From contig NC_057754.1 of NCBI RefSeq assembly GCF_004010195.1, forward strand, positions 3,846,925 to 3,910,924: a DNA stretch of 64,000 nucleotides. Reading direction: 5' to 3'. The notes under the pieces are model-generated. The model had not been told where the DNA came from and searched no databases. It saw nothing but the letters and a program-made list of their open reading frames with translations. Below, piece after piece: positions 1 to 13,790 of this stretch. The translations under genes and the position numbers were made by a program. Within the stretch, counting starts at the first letter, position 1. The number at the start of each line of letters is the position of its first letter. The DNA is from Chiloscyllium plagiosum. Its lineage: Eukaryota.

Positions 1-2260
1 GGGGGGAGTCCAAAACTAGAGGGCATAGGTTTAGGGTGAGAGGGGAAAGATTTAAAAGGGACCCTAACAGGGCAACTTTTTCACGCAGAGGGTGGTGTGT
101 GTATGGAATGAGCTGCCAGAGGATGTGGTGGAGGCTGGTACAATTGCAACATTTAAGAGGCATCTGGATGGGGACATGAATAGGAAGGGTTTAAAGGGAT
201 ATGGGCCAAAAGCTGACAAATGCAACTAGATTAATTTAGGATCTCTGGTCAGCATGAATGAGATGAACCAAAGGGTCTGTACAATTCTATGGTTCTAAAT
301 AACACGTTTGAAGACATGCAAGCAATTGTTGAATTTAAAATTAAACTACATGTCCTCGTCTGTTTCTCCATTATCTTGTCCACTGTTACTTATTTCTCTT
401 CACTCTAGATCACTGGAGGCATACGAAATTTAATTTCTACGCCTATGACGTGCAAGATTTAAAAATGCCTTTTGCTTTTGTCCTTCACTCCCCACCTTTC
501 ATGTTCCATTGCTGCAACAACGTTAAAGCCACTTGTTAATGAGACACTTGTTACGGATGCACTGGTATCCTCCTTATATTTTACGCATGTCGTGATTGTC
601 ACTGATTCGCTTTATACGATTAGATTAATCGTCCCATACACTGCTTTCTTTAGGGAGACTGTTAACCTGTCAGATGATGGATAGGCAAAGTGCCAATTTA
701 GTTTGAAGTTGTTTTTCTGTTTTCCCTTGAACTCCTACCTCCTGATATAGTCATCCAGCACGAAAATAAACCCTTCGGCCCAACTAGTCTATGCTGACCA
801 TGTTCCCAAAGTAAACTAGTCCCACTTGCCTGTGTTTGCCCCATATCCCTCCAAACCCTTTCCTATTCATGTACTCATCCAAATGTCTTTTAAACGTTGT
901 AACTGTCCCCACATCCACTTTCTCTGGAAGCTCATTTCACATACAAGCCACTCCGTGCTGAAATGTTGCCCCTCATGTTCTTTTTAAATGTTTCTCCTCT
1001 CCACCTAAAAGTATGGCCCCCTGGTTTTGAACTCACCCACCCGAGGGCGAAGACCCCTTGCCTTTCACCCTATCCATGCCCCTTCGTGATTTTATAAACC
1101 TACCATAAGGTCACCCTCCAACGCTCCAGCGAAAGAAATCCCAGTCGAGGTTAGAGTGGTGCTGGAAAAGGAATTCCCGGCAAAGGGCTTTTGCCCGAAA
1201 CGTCGATTTTCCTGCTCCTCGGATGCTGCCTGACCTGCTGTGCTTTTCCAGCACCACTCTAATCTTGACTCTAACCTCCAGCATCTACGGTACCCACTTA
1301 CGCCTGAAAAATATCCCAACCCAATTTTTGTTACTCAAACCCTCCATTCCCGGCAACATCCTGATAAACCTTTTCTGAGCCCTCTCCAGCTTAATAATAT
1401 CCTTCCTAGAGCAGGGGCGAGCAGAACTGGACCCAGCAGTACTCCAGAAGAGGCCTCACTAACATCCTGTACTACCTTAATGTAATTCACCATGCCTTAA
1501 ACACCCTGTCTATACATAGTGCAAACGTCAAAGAATTATGCACATGAACCCTGAGATCTCTCTGTTCTACAACACTACCCAAGGCCCTACTTTTAGTTGT
1601 ATAAGTCCTGCCCTTGTTTGTTCTACAAAAATACAATATCTTACATTTATACAAACGAAACTCTATCTGCCACCCCTCAGCCGATTGAACCAATTGATCA
1701 AGATCTCTTTGTAATCTCAGGTTAACCTCCTTCACTCTCTACTATACCACCAACCTTGGCGTCACCCACAAACGTACCAACCATACCTTCTATATTCTCA
1801 TGTAAATCATTTATAGAAAAGTCCCTGTGGAGCACCGCTGGTCACAGGCCTCCAGTCCAAAAACCACCCCTCTGGAACTGGACACATTACACCAATGTCA
1901 CAGAGTCATAGAGATGTCCAGCATGGAAACAGACCCTTCGGTCCAACCCGTCCACTCCGACCAGACATCCCAACCCAATCTAGTCCCACCTGCCAGCACC
2001 CGGCCCATATCCCTCCAAACCCTTCCTGTTCATATACTCATCCAAATGCCTCTTAAATGTTGCAATTGTACCAGCCTCCACCACTTCCTCTGGCAGCTCA
2101 TTCCATACACGTACCACCTTCTGCGTGAAAATGTTGCCCCTTAGGTCTCGTTTATATTTTTCCCCTCTCACCCTAAACCTATGCCCTGTAGTTCTGGACT
2201 CCCCCACCCCAGGGAAAAGACTTTGTCTATTTATCCAATCCATGCCCCTCATAGTTTATA
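1..2260. mobile_element. Cluster of CR1/HER1-like LINE 3' fragments in both orientations, with a pLTR insert at about 1148-1300
   Basis: RDLRGNFFTQRVVRVWNELPEEVVEAG-type remnants. Confidence 0.8.
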
Positions 2261-2799
2261 ACATCCCAACTCCGAGACCCTGAGCAATGAAGGCAAGGGA
2301 TGTCACTCATTTAATATTTTAATTGAAATCTGCGTTGTCCCAAAACCAGTTGCCTGATCGTGTTCCGTGTCCAATGGGAATGAATGTGACCCCATTGTAT
2401 TCGGGCCTTCCTTCATTCCAGTTTCAAAAAGCCAGATTATTTCTGAAAGTCTGAAACCCAGTTAAAGAAGGAGCATATCCTTTTCAACAACGTAGCACTG
2501 TCTGACAGGCGAGCACTTAATTAGGAATCTCTTTGCAGAGTTATTTACAACTGTACTTACAGTTGGTTCGATTCAGTATATTTAAGACTGAGATAGGTTC
2601 TGAGTATCAATGGTAACGGGGAGAATGGTGTTGAGAAACGTATCAGCCATGATTGAAGGGCAGAGCACACTGAATACGCTGAATGGCCTGATTTCTGCTC
2701 CTATCCCTTATGGTCTTATTCCAGTCTTTATCCTTCTGCAGAACATCCATCCTAGTTCTGAATTTGTCAAAGTCTGGCCTTGCTTCATAAGCAATGTCA

Positions 2800-3735
2800 A
2801 AGAGTGCTGGAAAAGCACAGCCAGTCAGGCAGCATCCAAGGAACAGGAGAGTTGACGTTATGGACACAAGCCCTTCATCAGGAATGTAGTAGGGTGGTTG
2901 GGGTGGTGCCAAGGGGGCTGAGCGATAAATAGGAGGATTGGGGTGGGGGTGGGAGGAGGGGAAGGTAGCTTGGAAGGCGATAGGTTGACGCAGGTGGGAG
3001 TTAATGGTGATAGGTTGGAGGGGAGGATGGAGCAGATAAATGGGAAGGGAGTTGGACAGGTAGGACAATTCACGAGGGCGGTGCTGAGTTGGAGGGTTGG
3101 ATCTGAGATAAGGTGGGGGGGGAGGGGAGGAGAGATGAGGAAACTGGTGAAATCCACATTGATCCTGCGTGGTTGGAGGGTCCCAAGACAGAAGATGAGG
3201 CGTTTTTCCTCCAGGCGTCGGGTGGCTAGGATTTGGCGATGGAGGAGGCCCAGGACTTGCATGTCCTTGGCAGAGTAGGAGGGGGAGCTGAAGTGTTCAG
3301 CCACAGGGTAGTGGGCTTAGTTGGTGCATGTGTGTCCTGGAGATGTTCTCTGAAACGTTCCACAAGTTGACATCCAGTCTCCCCAATGTAGAGGAGACCA
3401 CATCGAGAGCAACGGACACAGTAGATGAAGTGCTTGGATGTGCAGGAAAATCTCTGCTGGATGTGGAAGCGTCCTTTGGGGTATTGGATGGAGGTGAGGG
3501 GCGGGGGGGGGGGGGGAGGAGAGGTGTGGGCGCAGGTTTTACACCTCTTGCGGTGGCTATGGAAGGTGCTGGGAGTGAAGGATGAGTTTGTGGGCCTAAC
3601 GGGGGGAGTTGCAGAGGGAATGTTCTCTCTGGACCGCTGATAGGGGCGGGGAGGGAAATATATCTCTGGGATTAGGGTCTGACTGTAGCTGGCAGAGGAT
3701 GACGCACTGTATCCGGAGGTTGGTGGGGTGACGTT
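2800..3735 (-). mobile_element. Penelope-like element 3' part (GIY-YIG endonuclease remnant + pLTR)
   Basis: AEHFSSPSYSAKDMQVLGL...RRLEEKRLIFCLGTLQPRRINVDF; degenerate hammerhead/pLTR at about 2805-2885. Confidence 0.78.
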
Positions 3736-3919
3736 TGGTGGGTAGTCGTCAGTGGGTAGTCACAGCTTCCACTGTGTCCAATTCTTCAGCAGAAGAGGAC
3801 AATGCCAATGGTACATCTTGTTTAAGACTGAACCCGTGTCTAACATTGTGGGAACGATTGGAGCTTCAGTCTCTGAGCAAGACCTTAGACCCTCCCCATG
3901 TCTGTCTGACTGAAAGCAA

Positions 3920-4620
3920 AAAAAATGCTGGAGAGGGAAAGCTAACATTTCGAGTCCAGAAGACTTTTCCTCGGAGTTGATGTGAAGTGTGGAGGGAGCA
4001 GCGTTTGCGCTATAGTTTGAGGGGGTGGGGTGTTGGGGTGCTGGGCGAGAAAGGATGCTGATAGTTCGGATTGATCGATGGGAATGCGAGGATGGGAGAA
4101 CCTTGGTGTGTCTAACTGCCAGGCTGGAAAGAACGGACAGTCTCGCTGGGGAGGATGACTCCGAATGTAACGGGCCGAACGAAAAGAAAGGGAAGGAATG
4201 GGCTCACAGTCTGAAGGTGTTGAGCCCAGAAGGTTGTGAAGTGCCCCGTGTGAAGGTGGGATGTTGTTCCTCCAGCTCCCTGGAGCGTTGCCGAGGACAG
4301 ATGTGTGGGCACGTGAGCAGGACGCTGGGTTCAAATGACCGGCGACGGGAAGGTCAGGGTCACGTCGGTGCATGGACCACGGTTTGGTTTCTCCAAAGTG
4401 TAGAGGAGGCCGCAGTGGGTGCAGCGAATACAATTGGAGGAGGTCCAGGTGCAGTGCTGCTTCACCTGGACAGACTGCCTCGGCTCCTGGATGGTGAGCA
4501 GGGAGGTGGGGAAGGCACAGCTGTTGCGGTCACATGGGGAGGTGTCGTGGTGGGCGAGCGGTGGCGATGGCCTGGGAACGGACTAGGGGTTCCCGGAAGG
4601 AACCCTCCGACTGGGATGTG
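3920..4620 (-). mobile_element. Second, decayed Penelope-like element fragment
   Basis: LHFGETK...DPDLPVAGHLNPAS remnant of the GIY-YIG region and a decayed terminal motif near 3950. Confidence 0.6.
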
Positions 4621-4673
4621 AGAGGGTTTCGCTGAGGGGCAGTGATTAAAGCTGGAATGTGATTCGTCCACAG

Positions 4674-4734
4674 CTGTGGTGACCATTACAACCCAGGAGA
4701 GAACAGGCATGGAGGGCCGCAGGATGTAGACCGG
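4674..4734 (+). CDS. CCS: CCS internal exon (SOD-like domain II)
   Basis: cag|...|gtaagt, 61 nt; encodes (S)CGDHYNPGENRHGGPQDVDR, matching human CCS CGNHFNPDGASHGGPQDSDR. Upstream exons were not found in the window. Confidence 0.92.
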
Positions 4735-4987
4735 GTAAGTGAGGCTGGGCTGCCTTGTGCCCCCTCAGGGGGTAGGGTAGCGAGGGAAGACTCGTGCAGG
4801 GCGTTCCAGGGCTGTCTCAGACACATCCTTCCACCTGGAGCCCCAGCAAGCCGGACAGTGTTCCCCCTGAGCCCGTACACTACAAACGATCAAAACACTT
4901 TGCTGATAGAGGCGAAAGGGTACCTAGGGGGCTGATATGAGAGTCTCGTACTCTCCAGTTCAGCACATATTTTGTGAGTGTATTGAA

Positions 4988-5520
4988 CCCTGTCCTGGGA
5001 GTGTTTAATGGGGGACAGTGTAGAGGGAGCTTTACTCTGTATCTAACCCCGTGCTGTCCCTGTCCTGGGAGTGTTTGATGGGGGACAGTGTGGAGGGAGC
5101 TTTACTGTGTATCTAACCCCGTGCTGTCCCTGTCCTGGGAGTGTTTGATGGGGGACAAGTGTAGAGGGAGCTTTACTGTGTATCTAACCCTGTGCTGTCC
5201 CTGTCCTGAGAGTGTTTGATGGGGGGACAGTGTAGAGGGAGCTTTACTGTGTATCTAACTCCGTGCTGTCCCTGTCCTGGGAGAGTTTGATGTGGGACTG
5301 TGCAGAGGGAGCTTTACTCTGTATCTAACCCTTTCCTGGGAGTGTTTGATGGGAACAGTCCTGTATCTAACCCTGTGCTGTCTCTATCCTTGGAGCGTTT
5401 GATGGAGATGGTGTGGAGGGTGTTTTACTCTGTATCTATCCCTGTGCTGGGAGTGTTTGATGGAGACGGTGTGGAGGGAGTTTTACTCTGTATCTATCCC
5501 TGTGCTGGGAATGTTTGAAG
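4988..5520 (+). repeat. ~68-bp minisatellite (ccccgtgctgtccctgtcctgggagtgtttgatgggggacagtgtagagggagctttactctgtatctaa)n
   Basis: Tandem copies; the same unit forms arrays at about 15440-15920, 22340-23290, 33420-33580, 50400-50720 and 59910-60550. Confidence 0.9.
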
Positions 5521-5627
5521 TTCTCCCTCCACCATCCTGAGGCTTTGTGGGTTGCTGACCTTTTGGGATTCTGATTGGTGTCTCTGTCTGTCTCCCGCCC
5601 TCTCCCTCTCTCAACCCCCCTCTCCAG

Positions 5628-5705
5628 CATGTTGGTGACCTGGGAAACATCCGGGCGAGCGAGGATGGGAGGGCTACGTTCCGAATGGAGGATGACCGCA
5701 TCAAG
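5628..5705 (+). CDS. CCS: CCS internal exon
   Basis: Pyrimidine tract + cag|...|gtgag, 78 nt, in phase; HVGDLGNIRASEDGRATFRMEDDRIK. Confidence 0.95.
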
Positions 5706-5805
5706 GTGAGTCGGAGCCGCGGGTCAGCATTGTGAAGGGAGGGGCTGGCGATGTGGTGCCACCCTCCAGTGACGGACATGTGACAAATAACCCAGAGCAG
5801 CTTGC

Positions 5806-6190
5806 CACTGTCAGTGCTGAGGGAGCGCCGCACTGTGGGCGGGTCAGTGCTGAGGGAGTGCCGCACTGTGGGCGGGTCAGTGCTGAGGGAGTGTCACACT
5901 GTCGGAGGGTCAGTGCTGAGGGAGTACCGCACTGTGGGCGGGTCAATGCTGAGGGAGCGCCGCACTGTGGGAGGGTCAGTGCTGAGGGAGTACCGCACTG
6001 TGGGCGGGTCAATGCTGAGGGAGCGCCGCACTGTGGGAGGGTCAGTGCTGAGGGAGCGCCGCACTGTGGGAGGGTCAGTGCTGAGGGAATGCCGCACTGT
6101 CAGAGGGTCAGCGCTGAGGGTGCGCCGCACTGTCAGAGGGGCAGCGGGCACTGTCGGAGGGTCAGCACCGAGGGAGTGGGCACTGTCTGG
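5806..6190 (+). repeat. ~30-bp minisatellite (gggtcagtgctgagggagcgccgcactgtgg)n
   Basis: Tandem copies; explains the overlapping repetitive ORFs here. Confidence 0.9.
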
Positions 6191-8074
6191 TGAAGCATTA
6201 AACAGAGGTGTCGCTGTCTTACGCCATTGATCATTAACACTTGGCTGTGCGTGAGGGCCCACTCTGCACAAATTGGCCAATCTCTCAGCAGCTTTGTAAC
6301 CCCTCTCTCATCAGCCCTGACTCTAAAGCCAAGTTCTGCGGGGGCTGACATTCTGAAAGAAAAGCAGAAGACTGCCTGAGGAGAGAGGGAAGCGAGTTTT
6401 TGTGTTTTGGGAATGTGATGGCCGAGTGGGATTATTGCTAGACTGTTAATTCCAAACCGCTCCCCGAACCCACCCGCCTGACTATATTAGAGGTTCAACT
6501 CACTTTGTTGGAATTGTTCAGTTTAAGTGAAGTTTAAACTTTATTAGCCCGGATCCATCAATTCACTTGAGTGCTGCTGGATCACGATGTCCACAACTCA
6601 AGAACAGAACGTGCTTGCAACACACCCGGACACTCACCCAATCATTAATTCTTAAAAGAAACTTGTTCACCTCCCAAGCAACTTGGTCACAGATCAGTTG
6701 CTGGTGGTAACGGTGCTTTACCAGAAACCTGTCAGACAATCCTCCTCTTCAGCCCCTACATAAAACCTAGATTTGTTTGCTCCCAAACTCACTTTGGCTC
6801 TGCACGTTCGGCCCATCAGTTTCATGCTAGCACTATCTAGGCAGTCCCCTTCCACTCCACCGTCTGCCTGTGGCCAAGCCGGTGTACCTACCTCGAGTGT
6901 ACGTCCAAATTCCTTTTGTTCATTGTCATCTCTTCTTCCAACCTCGTAGGCTGCATGTTTCCAATGGGAGGGGGGGAGGGGGGGAAAAACAATCAGAGCT
7001 GTTATGGTGTGGAAGAAGGCTAATCAGCCCATGGTAACTGCACTGGCTGTGTTAGCTAGTCCAGCTCTATCGTGTAGACCCAGTGGCAAGCCTTATCCTT
7101 GCATATCATCACTATCCAACGGGGTGCCTCGTGGTTTAATGCCTGAATGGCTTATGTCAAATTTTGAGAATGTGCACAACTCTTTTCCCCTACTCCCACT
7201 GCGGCGGTAGTGTTTGTCCGATCTACCCTGTCTTGATCCATCCACAGTGTTTGAGCCCTCTGTCTGCGCAGGCTGTAGTCAAAGCTGCGGAACTCCAAAA
7301 GGGTGCAGGGTCTGAGGGAACATGGCTGTCAGTGATTTGCAGGTGACAGGACAGATGGAAAAGGTTAGTCAGTCAGACCCGAGTGGGTCACGGCTGCAGA
7401 GGGCCAGAACTGGGAGGACGGGCCAAGATTTTGCAAAACAATCCACTCCTGGTGATCGCTTTACTTCAGGCATCAAGTGCTCCCCCAGCCTCCTGTTACC
7501 TTTGTTTGCAAAGAGCTGTCCGCTCTCGCAAGCGAGTCTAGCTCAGGCCCTTCCCGGAAAAGACTGTTTGCCCTTTCCCTCAGCTGCCCTCTGAACTCAC
7601 CTCCGACCCCCCCAGGGGGCAGCCAGCAAGACAGTGCAAATCACCAGGGGCCTGGAAGGGGGGAACCTGTCCCTTAACACAAACCCAAGGAGGATGGTTG
7701 ACAAAGGTTGCGCCATGACTGTGGGCGAGCTGTTGCAAGAGGTAACAGTTTTTGCTGGGGACCGTTAGTGACAGTTAATGGACGGTTAGCGGCAGATGGT
7801 TCCGATATGGAATAGACTGTCTGGGAGTGGGGGGTGGGGGCGCTGAAACATAGTGTGAGCGGAACCCCACTTAAACAGGTGGCAAGATTGGAAATGATCC
7901 TTTCTCACCCCCCCACCCATCACCTCAGCCTAATTCCTTCACCAGCTTTTCCCACCCATCTCCAAGTGCCCTTTTTGAATTGAGTGGTTCTCTTGGCCGC
8001 TTCAGAGTCGCATGTAGGGCCAAGACGAGGTTTATGCATAATGGGAGAGACAGGGAGAAAAGAGAAAAGAAAAG

Positions 8075-8552
8075 AGAGACAGGGACAGGCGCACTGACAG
8101 GCAGGGACAGGCGCACAGACAGGCAGACGGACAGGCGCACTGACAGGCAGACGGACAGGTGCACTGACAGGCAGGGACAGGCACAGACGCACGTATGCAC
8201 GCGTGCACACAGACAATCGTGCACACACTTGCCCATACACACAGACACACGCACACACACTTGCCCGTGCACACTGACAACACGTGTACACACGTGCACA
8301 CACTTGCCCATACACGCAGACACACGCACACACACTTGCCCATGCACACTGACAACACGCGCACACACTTGCCCATACACGCAGACACACACGCACACAC
8401 TTGCCCGTGCACACTGACACATGTGCACACACTTGCCAATACACGCAGACACACGCACACCCACTTGCCCATACACGCACACACACTTGCCCATGCACGC
8501 TGGCACATGTGCACACACTTGCCCATGCACACAGACACACGCAGACACACAG
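8075..8552. repeat. CA-rich degenerate micro/minisatellite
   Basis: (cacacacttgcccatacacgcagacaca)n. Confidence 0.9.
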
Positions 8553-8962
8553 AGGGAAGGCAGTTTAATTGCAGGATGACTGCCTAGTTTGTGGGAAGCC
8601 TCCTGTTGGTCTCCAGGCCTGACGCAGGACATGTGTGGTTTTTATATCGGTGCTTCGTCCCTCGCACCGATCTCTCTCTGGCCTTGGCTTGTGGCATTGC
8701 TCACAGCAGACAGCCCCTCGCCCTTCACTTGGGCACTTTACAAACCTTCCAGCCCCCGCATCAGGCTCAGCGACCTCTCACACCCATAGGCTGTGTTGTG
8801 GTGAGCCTGGTTTCTTTCGGTTCAGCCCCGGGCATTTTGCCCCTTAGCTTAGCCCATCCTCTCTAACCCCCGGAGGAGTCATTCAATCCACACTCACCCC
8901 CATTCCCCCTCCCCAACGTCCACACCCTCCTGTTGTTCCTGTCTCACCCACAGCTTCCTCTA

Positions 8963-11900
8963 GATGTTGCCAGGGTTGGAGGGTTTGAGCTGTAGGGAGA
9001 GGCTGAAGAGGCTGGGGCTGTTTTCCCTGGAGCGTCGGAGGCTGAGGGGTGACCTTATAGAAGTTTATAAAATCATGAGGGGGCAAGGATAGGGTAAATA
9101 GACAAAGTCTTTTCCCTGGGGTGGGGGAGTCCAGAACTAAAATTTAGGGTGAGTGGGGAAAGATATAAAAGAGACCTAAGGGGCAACATTTTCACACAGA
9201 GGGTGGTACGAGTATGGAATGAGCTGCCAGAGGATATGGTGGAGGCTGGTACAATTGCAACATTTAAGAGGCATTTGGATGGGTATATGAATAGGAAGGG
9301 TTTGGAGGGATACGGGCCGGGTACTGGCAGGTGGGACTAGATTGGGTTGGGATATCTGGTCGGCATGGACGGGTTGGACCGAAGGGTCTGTTTCTGTGCT
9401 GTACATCTCTATGACTCTATGACTCTAGTTCATGTAGTAAATGTGGACTTTAGCAAAGCTCTTGACAAGGTCCCATGTGGGAGACTGAGAAGGTTAAGGC
9501 ACATGGAATTGAGGGAAACTTGGTGAGATGTATCAGAAACTGGCTTAGTAATAGGACACAAAAGGTAGTGGTACAAGGCCATTTGTGTGACTGGAGGCTG
9601 GTGTCCAGCAGTGAACGACATGGATCAGTACTGGGACCCTTATTGTTTGTTATATACATAAATGATACAGATGAAAATGTTGGGAATAGGGAAATTTGCA
9701 GACAACACCAGGATTGGTATAGTGGTTAATAGCAAAGAGGATGGTTGTAGGTTACAGGATGATATAGATGGGTTGGTCAGATGAGCAGATCAGTGGCGGA
9801 TGATTAGGGTGAGGTGATGCACTTTGGAAGAATAAACAAGATGGGGGAGTACTTGATGAACGGCAGGACATTGGGTAGCTCAGAAGAACAGAGGGATCTT
9901 GGGTTAATTATTCACCGATCCCTGAAGTCAGCAGATAGTTAATGTGTGACACTTGCTTTCATCGGTCATGGTATAGAGTGTTAGAGCAAAGAGATAATGT
10001 TGGAATTGTACAGAGCATCGGTCAGGCTACAGCTGGAGTACTGTGTGCAGTTCTGGTCACCTCACTACAGGAGGGATGTGATAGCATTGGAGGGGGTACA
10101 GAGGAGGTTCACCAGGATGTCACCTGGAATGGAGACATTGAGTTATAAGGAGGGACAAGACAGGCTTGGATTGTTTGCTTTAGAGTGGAGAAGACTCGGT
10201 GGGGGGGGGGGGGGGGTTGCAAGATTAAGATGTATGAGGTTATGAGGGGTATGCACAGGGAGGATAGAGAGCAACTTGTTCCCCTTGGTTGAGGGGTCAG
10301 TCATGAGAGGGGAAAAAAGTTTAGGGTAAGGGGCAAGAGGTTCAGAGAGGATTTAGGGGAAAAAGCTTATTCATTTAGAGGGTGGTAGGAATCTGGAATG
10401 TGCTACCTGGGAAGGTAGTGAAGGCCAGAAACCTTACAATCTGCAAAAAGATATTTGGATGAGCACTTGAGGTATCATAACATTCATAATATCATATGGG
10501 ACAGATGCAGAAAATTGGGATTAGTGCGTCTTTAGTGGTACAAAGATCAAAGAAAATTACAGCACAGGAACAGGCCCTTCGGCCCTCCAAACCTGCACCG
10601 ATCCAGATCCCCTATCTAAACCTGTCACCTATTTTCTAAGGGTCTGTATCCCTCTGCACTCTGCCCGTTCATGTATCTGTCTAGATCTATCTGAAATATC
10701 GCTATTGTGCCCACCTCTACCGGCAATGTGTTCCACGCACCCCCCACTCACTGTGTAAATAACTTTCTACACATATCTCCCCTAAACCTTTCCCCGCTCA
10801 CTTTGAACTTGTGAGCCCTAGTAATTGAGTCCCTCACTCTGGGGGGGAAAAAGCTACTTGCTATCCACTCTGTCTCTACTTCTCGTGATTTTGTAGACCT
10901 CGATCAGGTCCCCCCCCCTCAATCTCCATCTTTCTAATGAAAATAATCCTAATCTACTCAACCTCTCCTCATAGGTAGCTCCCTCCATACCAGGCAACAT
11001 CCTGGTGAACCACCTCTGCAAAGCATCCACATCCTTTTGGTAATGTGGTTTAGATTTTATAGATTCATACAGTGCAGAAAGAGGCCCTTCGGCCCATCAA
11101 GTCTACGCCAACAATTAACTCAACTGTGACTTTTCCCAGTTCCACTGAGAGGCTGCTGACATTAACTATACAGTAAATGGAAAAGCCCTGGGAAAACGAT
11201 GTACAGAGAAATCTGGGTGTTCAGGTCCATTGTTACCTGAGGGTGGCAACGCAGGTCAGTAAGGTGGTCAAGAAGGCATATGGCACGCTTTCCTTCATCA
11301 GACGGGGTATTGTGTACAAGAGTTGGCAGGTCATGTTACAGTGTATAAGACAGGTTCGGCCACATTTGGAATACTGTGTACAGTTCTGGTCGCCACATTA
11401 CCAAAAGGATGTGGATGCTTTGCAGAGGGGGTTCACCAGGATGTTGCCTGGTATGGAGGGAGCTACCTATGAGGAGAGGTTGAGTAGATTAGGATTATTT
11501 TCATTAGAAAGATGGAGGTTGAGGGGGGGGACCTGATCGAGATCTACAAAATCACGAGAAGTAGAGACAGGGTGGATAGCAAGCAGCTTTTACCCCCAGA
11601 GTGAGGGACTCAATTACTAGGGCTCACAAATTCAAAGTGAGCGGGGAAAGGTTTAGGGGAGATATGTGCAGAAAGTTATTTACACAGTGAGTGGGGGGTG
11701 CGTGGAACACATTGCCGGTAGAGGTGGGCACAATAGCGATATTTCAGATAGATCTAGACAGATACATGAACGGGCAGAGTGCAGAGGGATACAGACCCTT
11801 AGAAAATAGGTGACAGGTTTAGATAGGGGATCTGGATCGGTGCAGGTTTGGAGGGCCGAAGGGCCTGTTCCTGTGCTGTAATTTTCTTTGTTCTTTGTAC

Positions 11901-12430
11901 CACTAAAAGTGAACTAATCCCAATTTTTTGCACCTGTCCCATATCCTTGAATGTTTTCCCAGTTTCCAGTCAGAGGCTGCAGGCATTAATTCGGTTTCTC
12001 CTTGCACCCAGTAAACAAGTAAAGTTTCCCAACTCCACTGGCTATTACCCAATTAATGGTGCAATTTAGCTACGACTCCAACTAAGTACCCAAAGTTCCC
12101 CTTCGAAGTTCTGCTCACTGAGCATCCCGGAGTTGAATTATAGAGTCATAGAGGTGTACAGCACGGAAACAATGCGTCCATACTGACCAGATATCCCAAC
12201 CCAATCTAATCCCACCTGCCAGCACTTGGCCCGTATCCCTCTAAACCCTTCCTATTTATATACCCATCCAGATCCTTTTAAACGCTGCAATTGTACCAGC
12301 CTCCACCACTTCCTCTGGCAGCTCATTCCACGCATGCACCACTTTCTGTGAGAAAAAACTGCCCCTCAGGTCCCAACTAGATCTTTCCTCTCTCACCCTA
12401 AACCTATGCCCTCTAGTTCTGCACTCCCCC
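8963..12430. mobile_element. Cluster of CR1-like LINE fragments
   Basis: DFSKALDKVP, GSVLGPLLFVIYIND and RPHLEYCVQFWSPHY remnants with stops and frameshifts. Confidence 0.85.
10480..11955. repeat. Long inverted repeat (arms about 10480-11049 and 11392-11955)
   Basis: The arms are near-identical reverse complements separated by a ~340-bp spacer. Confidence 0.9.
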
Positions 12431-12481
12431 ACACGTTTTCTCTCTCTCATGTCTGCGGTGTGATCTAATCGATGATCGTGG

Positions 12482-12800
12482 GTGGCACGGTGGCACAGTG
12501 GTTAGCACTGCTGCCTCACAGCGCCAGAGACCCGGGTTCAATTCCCACCTCAGGCGACTGACTGACTGTGTGGGGTTTGCACATTCTCCCCGTGTCTGCG
12601 TGGGTTTCCTCCGGGTGCTCCGGTTTCCTCCCACAGTCCAAAAATGTGCAGGTCAGGTGAATTGTCCATGCTAAATTGCCTGTAGTGTTAGGTGAAAGGG
12701 TAAATGTAGGGGAATGGGTCTGGGCGAGGGGGGTCGGTGTGGACTTGTTGGGCCGAAGGGCCTGTTTCCACACTGTAAGTAATCTAATCTAATCTAATTA
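12482..12800 (+). mobile_element. tRNA-derived V-SINE (HE1-like)
   Basis: ggcacggtggcacagtggttagc (box A), ggttcaattccc (box B), V-domain, (aatct)n tail. Confidence 0.85.
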
Positions 12801-13059
12801 TTTCATCCCCGACATTGATTACACACCTGGCAAACTCGAGTCTGTAGCTTGCCTTCTTATCAGAAGCAGCTCCCCTGTACCTTGCCACATTCATGACTAA
12901 CTGTCTATTTGAAACACAGCCTGTCCTGCATTTAACCCCTTTACCTCAGGACGTTCCTTCTGCAGGCAATCCTAATTGCTTGTTGGTCACAAGGTCTCAG
13001 GTTGTCAAGCAATATTTACCCTCTCTCTCCCAGAAAACGTCTTGTTTAACTTCTTTGTC

Positions 13060-13790
13060 ATTTATTCATTTGTGGGATGTGTGGGTTATGGCTGGACCCA
13101 GTATGCCCGTCCCTTGTTGCCCCCTCGAGAAGGTGGGGGGTGAGCTGCCTTCTTGAACCGCTGCCGTCCGCTTGCTGTGGGCTGACCCACAATACCCTTA
13201 CGGAGGGAATTCCAGGACTTTGACCCAACGACAGTGAAGGACCGGGAAGATCTTCCCAAGTCAGGATGGTGAGTGGCTTGGAGGGGAACCTGGAAGATGG
13301 TAGGGTTCCTACGTACCTGCCACCCCTTGTCCTTCTCGATGGAAGTGGTCATGGGTTTGGAAGATGCTGTCTGAGGATCTTTGAATTTCTGCAGGGAATT
13401 TTGTAGATGATGTACACACTGCTGCTATTGAGCGTCGGTGGTGGAGGGTGTGGATGCTTATGGATGTGGTGCCAATCGTTCGGGGGGTGCTGTGTCCCTG
13501 GATGTTGAGTGTTGTTGGAGCTGGCCCCCCCCCCATCCAGGGGCAAGTGGGGAATATTCCCTCACCCTCCTGACTTGTGCCTGGTAGGTGGTGGACAGGC
13601 TTTGGGGGGAGTCAGGAGATGAGTTACTTGCTGCGGGATTCCTAGCCGCTACATTTATGTTGTGAGCCCAGTTGAGTTTCTGGTCAATGGGGGATCCCCC
13701 AGGATGTTGATAGCTGGAGGGTTGGGGGAGTGGATTCAGTGCTGGGAGCGCCACTGAATGTCAATGGGCTATGATTCCTTCTTCTCGAAG
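13060..13790 (+). mobile_element. Decayed LINE fragment (same family at about 30440-30740, 43840-44570 and 58100-58510)
   Basis: Shared sequence blocks between the copies; YQAQVRRVREYSPLA remnant, read on the minus strand in this copy. Confidence 0.55.

Noticed and set aside
5701-8632. Repetitive ORFs (HCGRVSAEG; CVCV/HTHT)
   Set aside because: Minisatellite and CA-rich repeat artefacts inside a CCS intron.
12484-12555. tRNA-like sequence
   Set aside because: It is the head of an HE1-type SINE and is followed by the V-domain and tail; not a tRNA gene.
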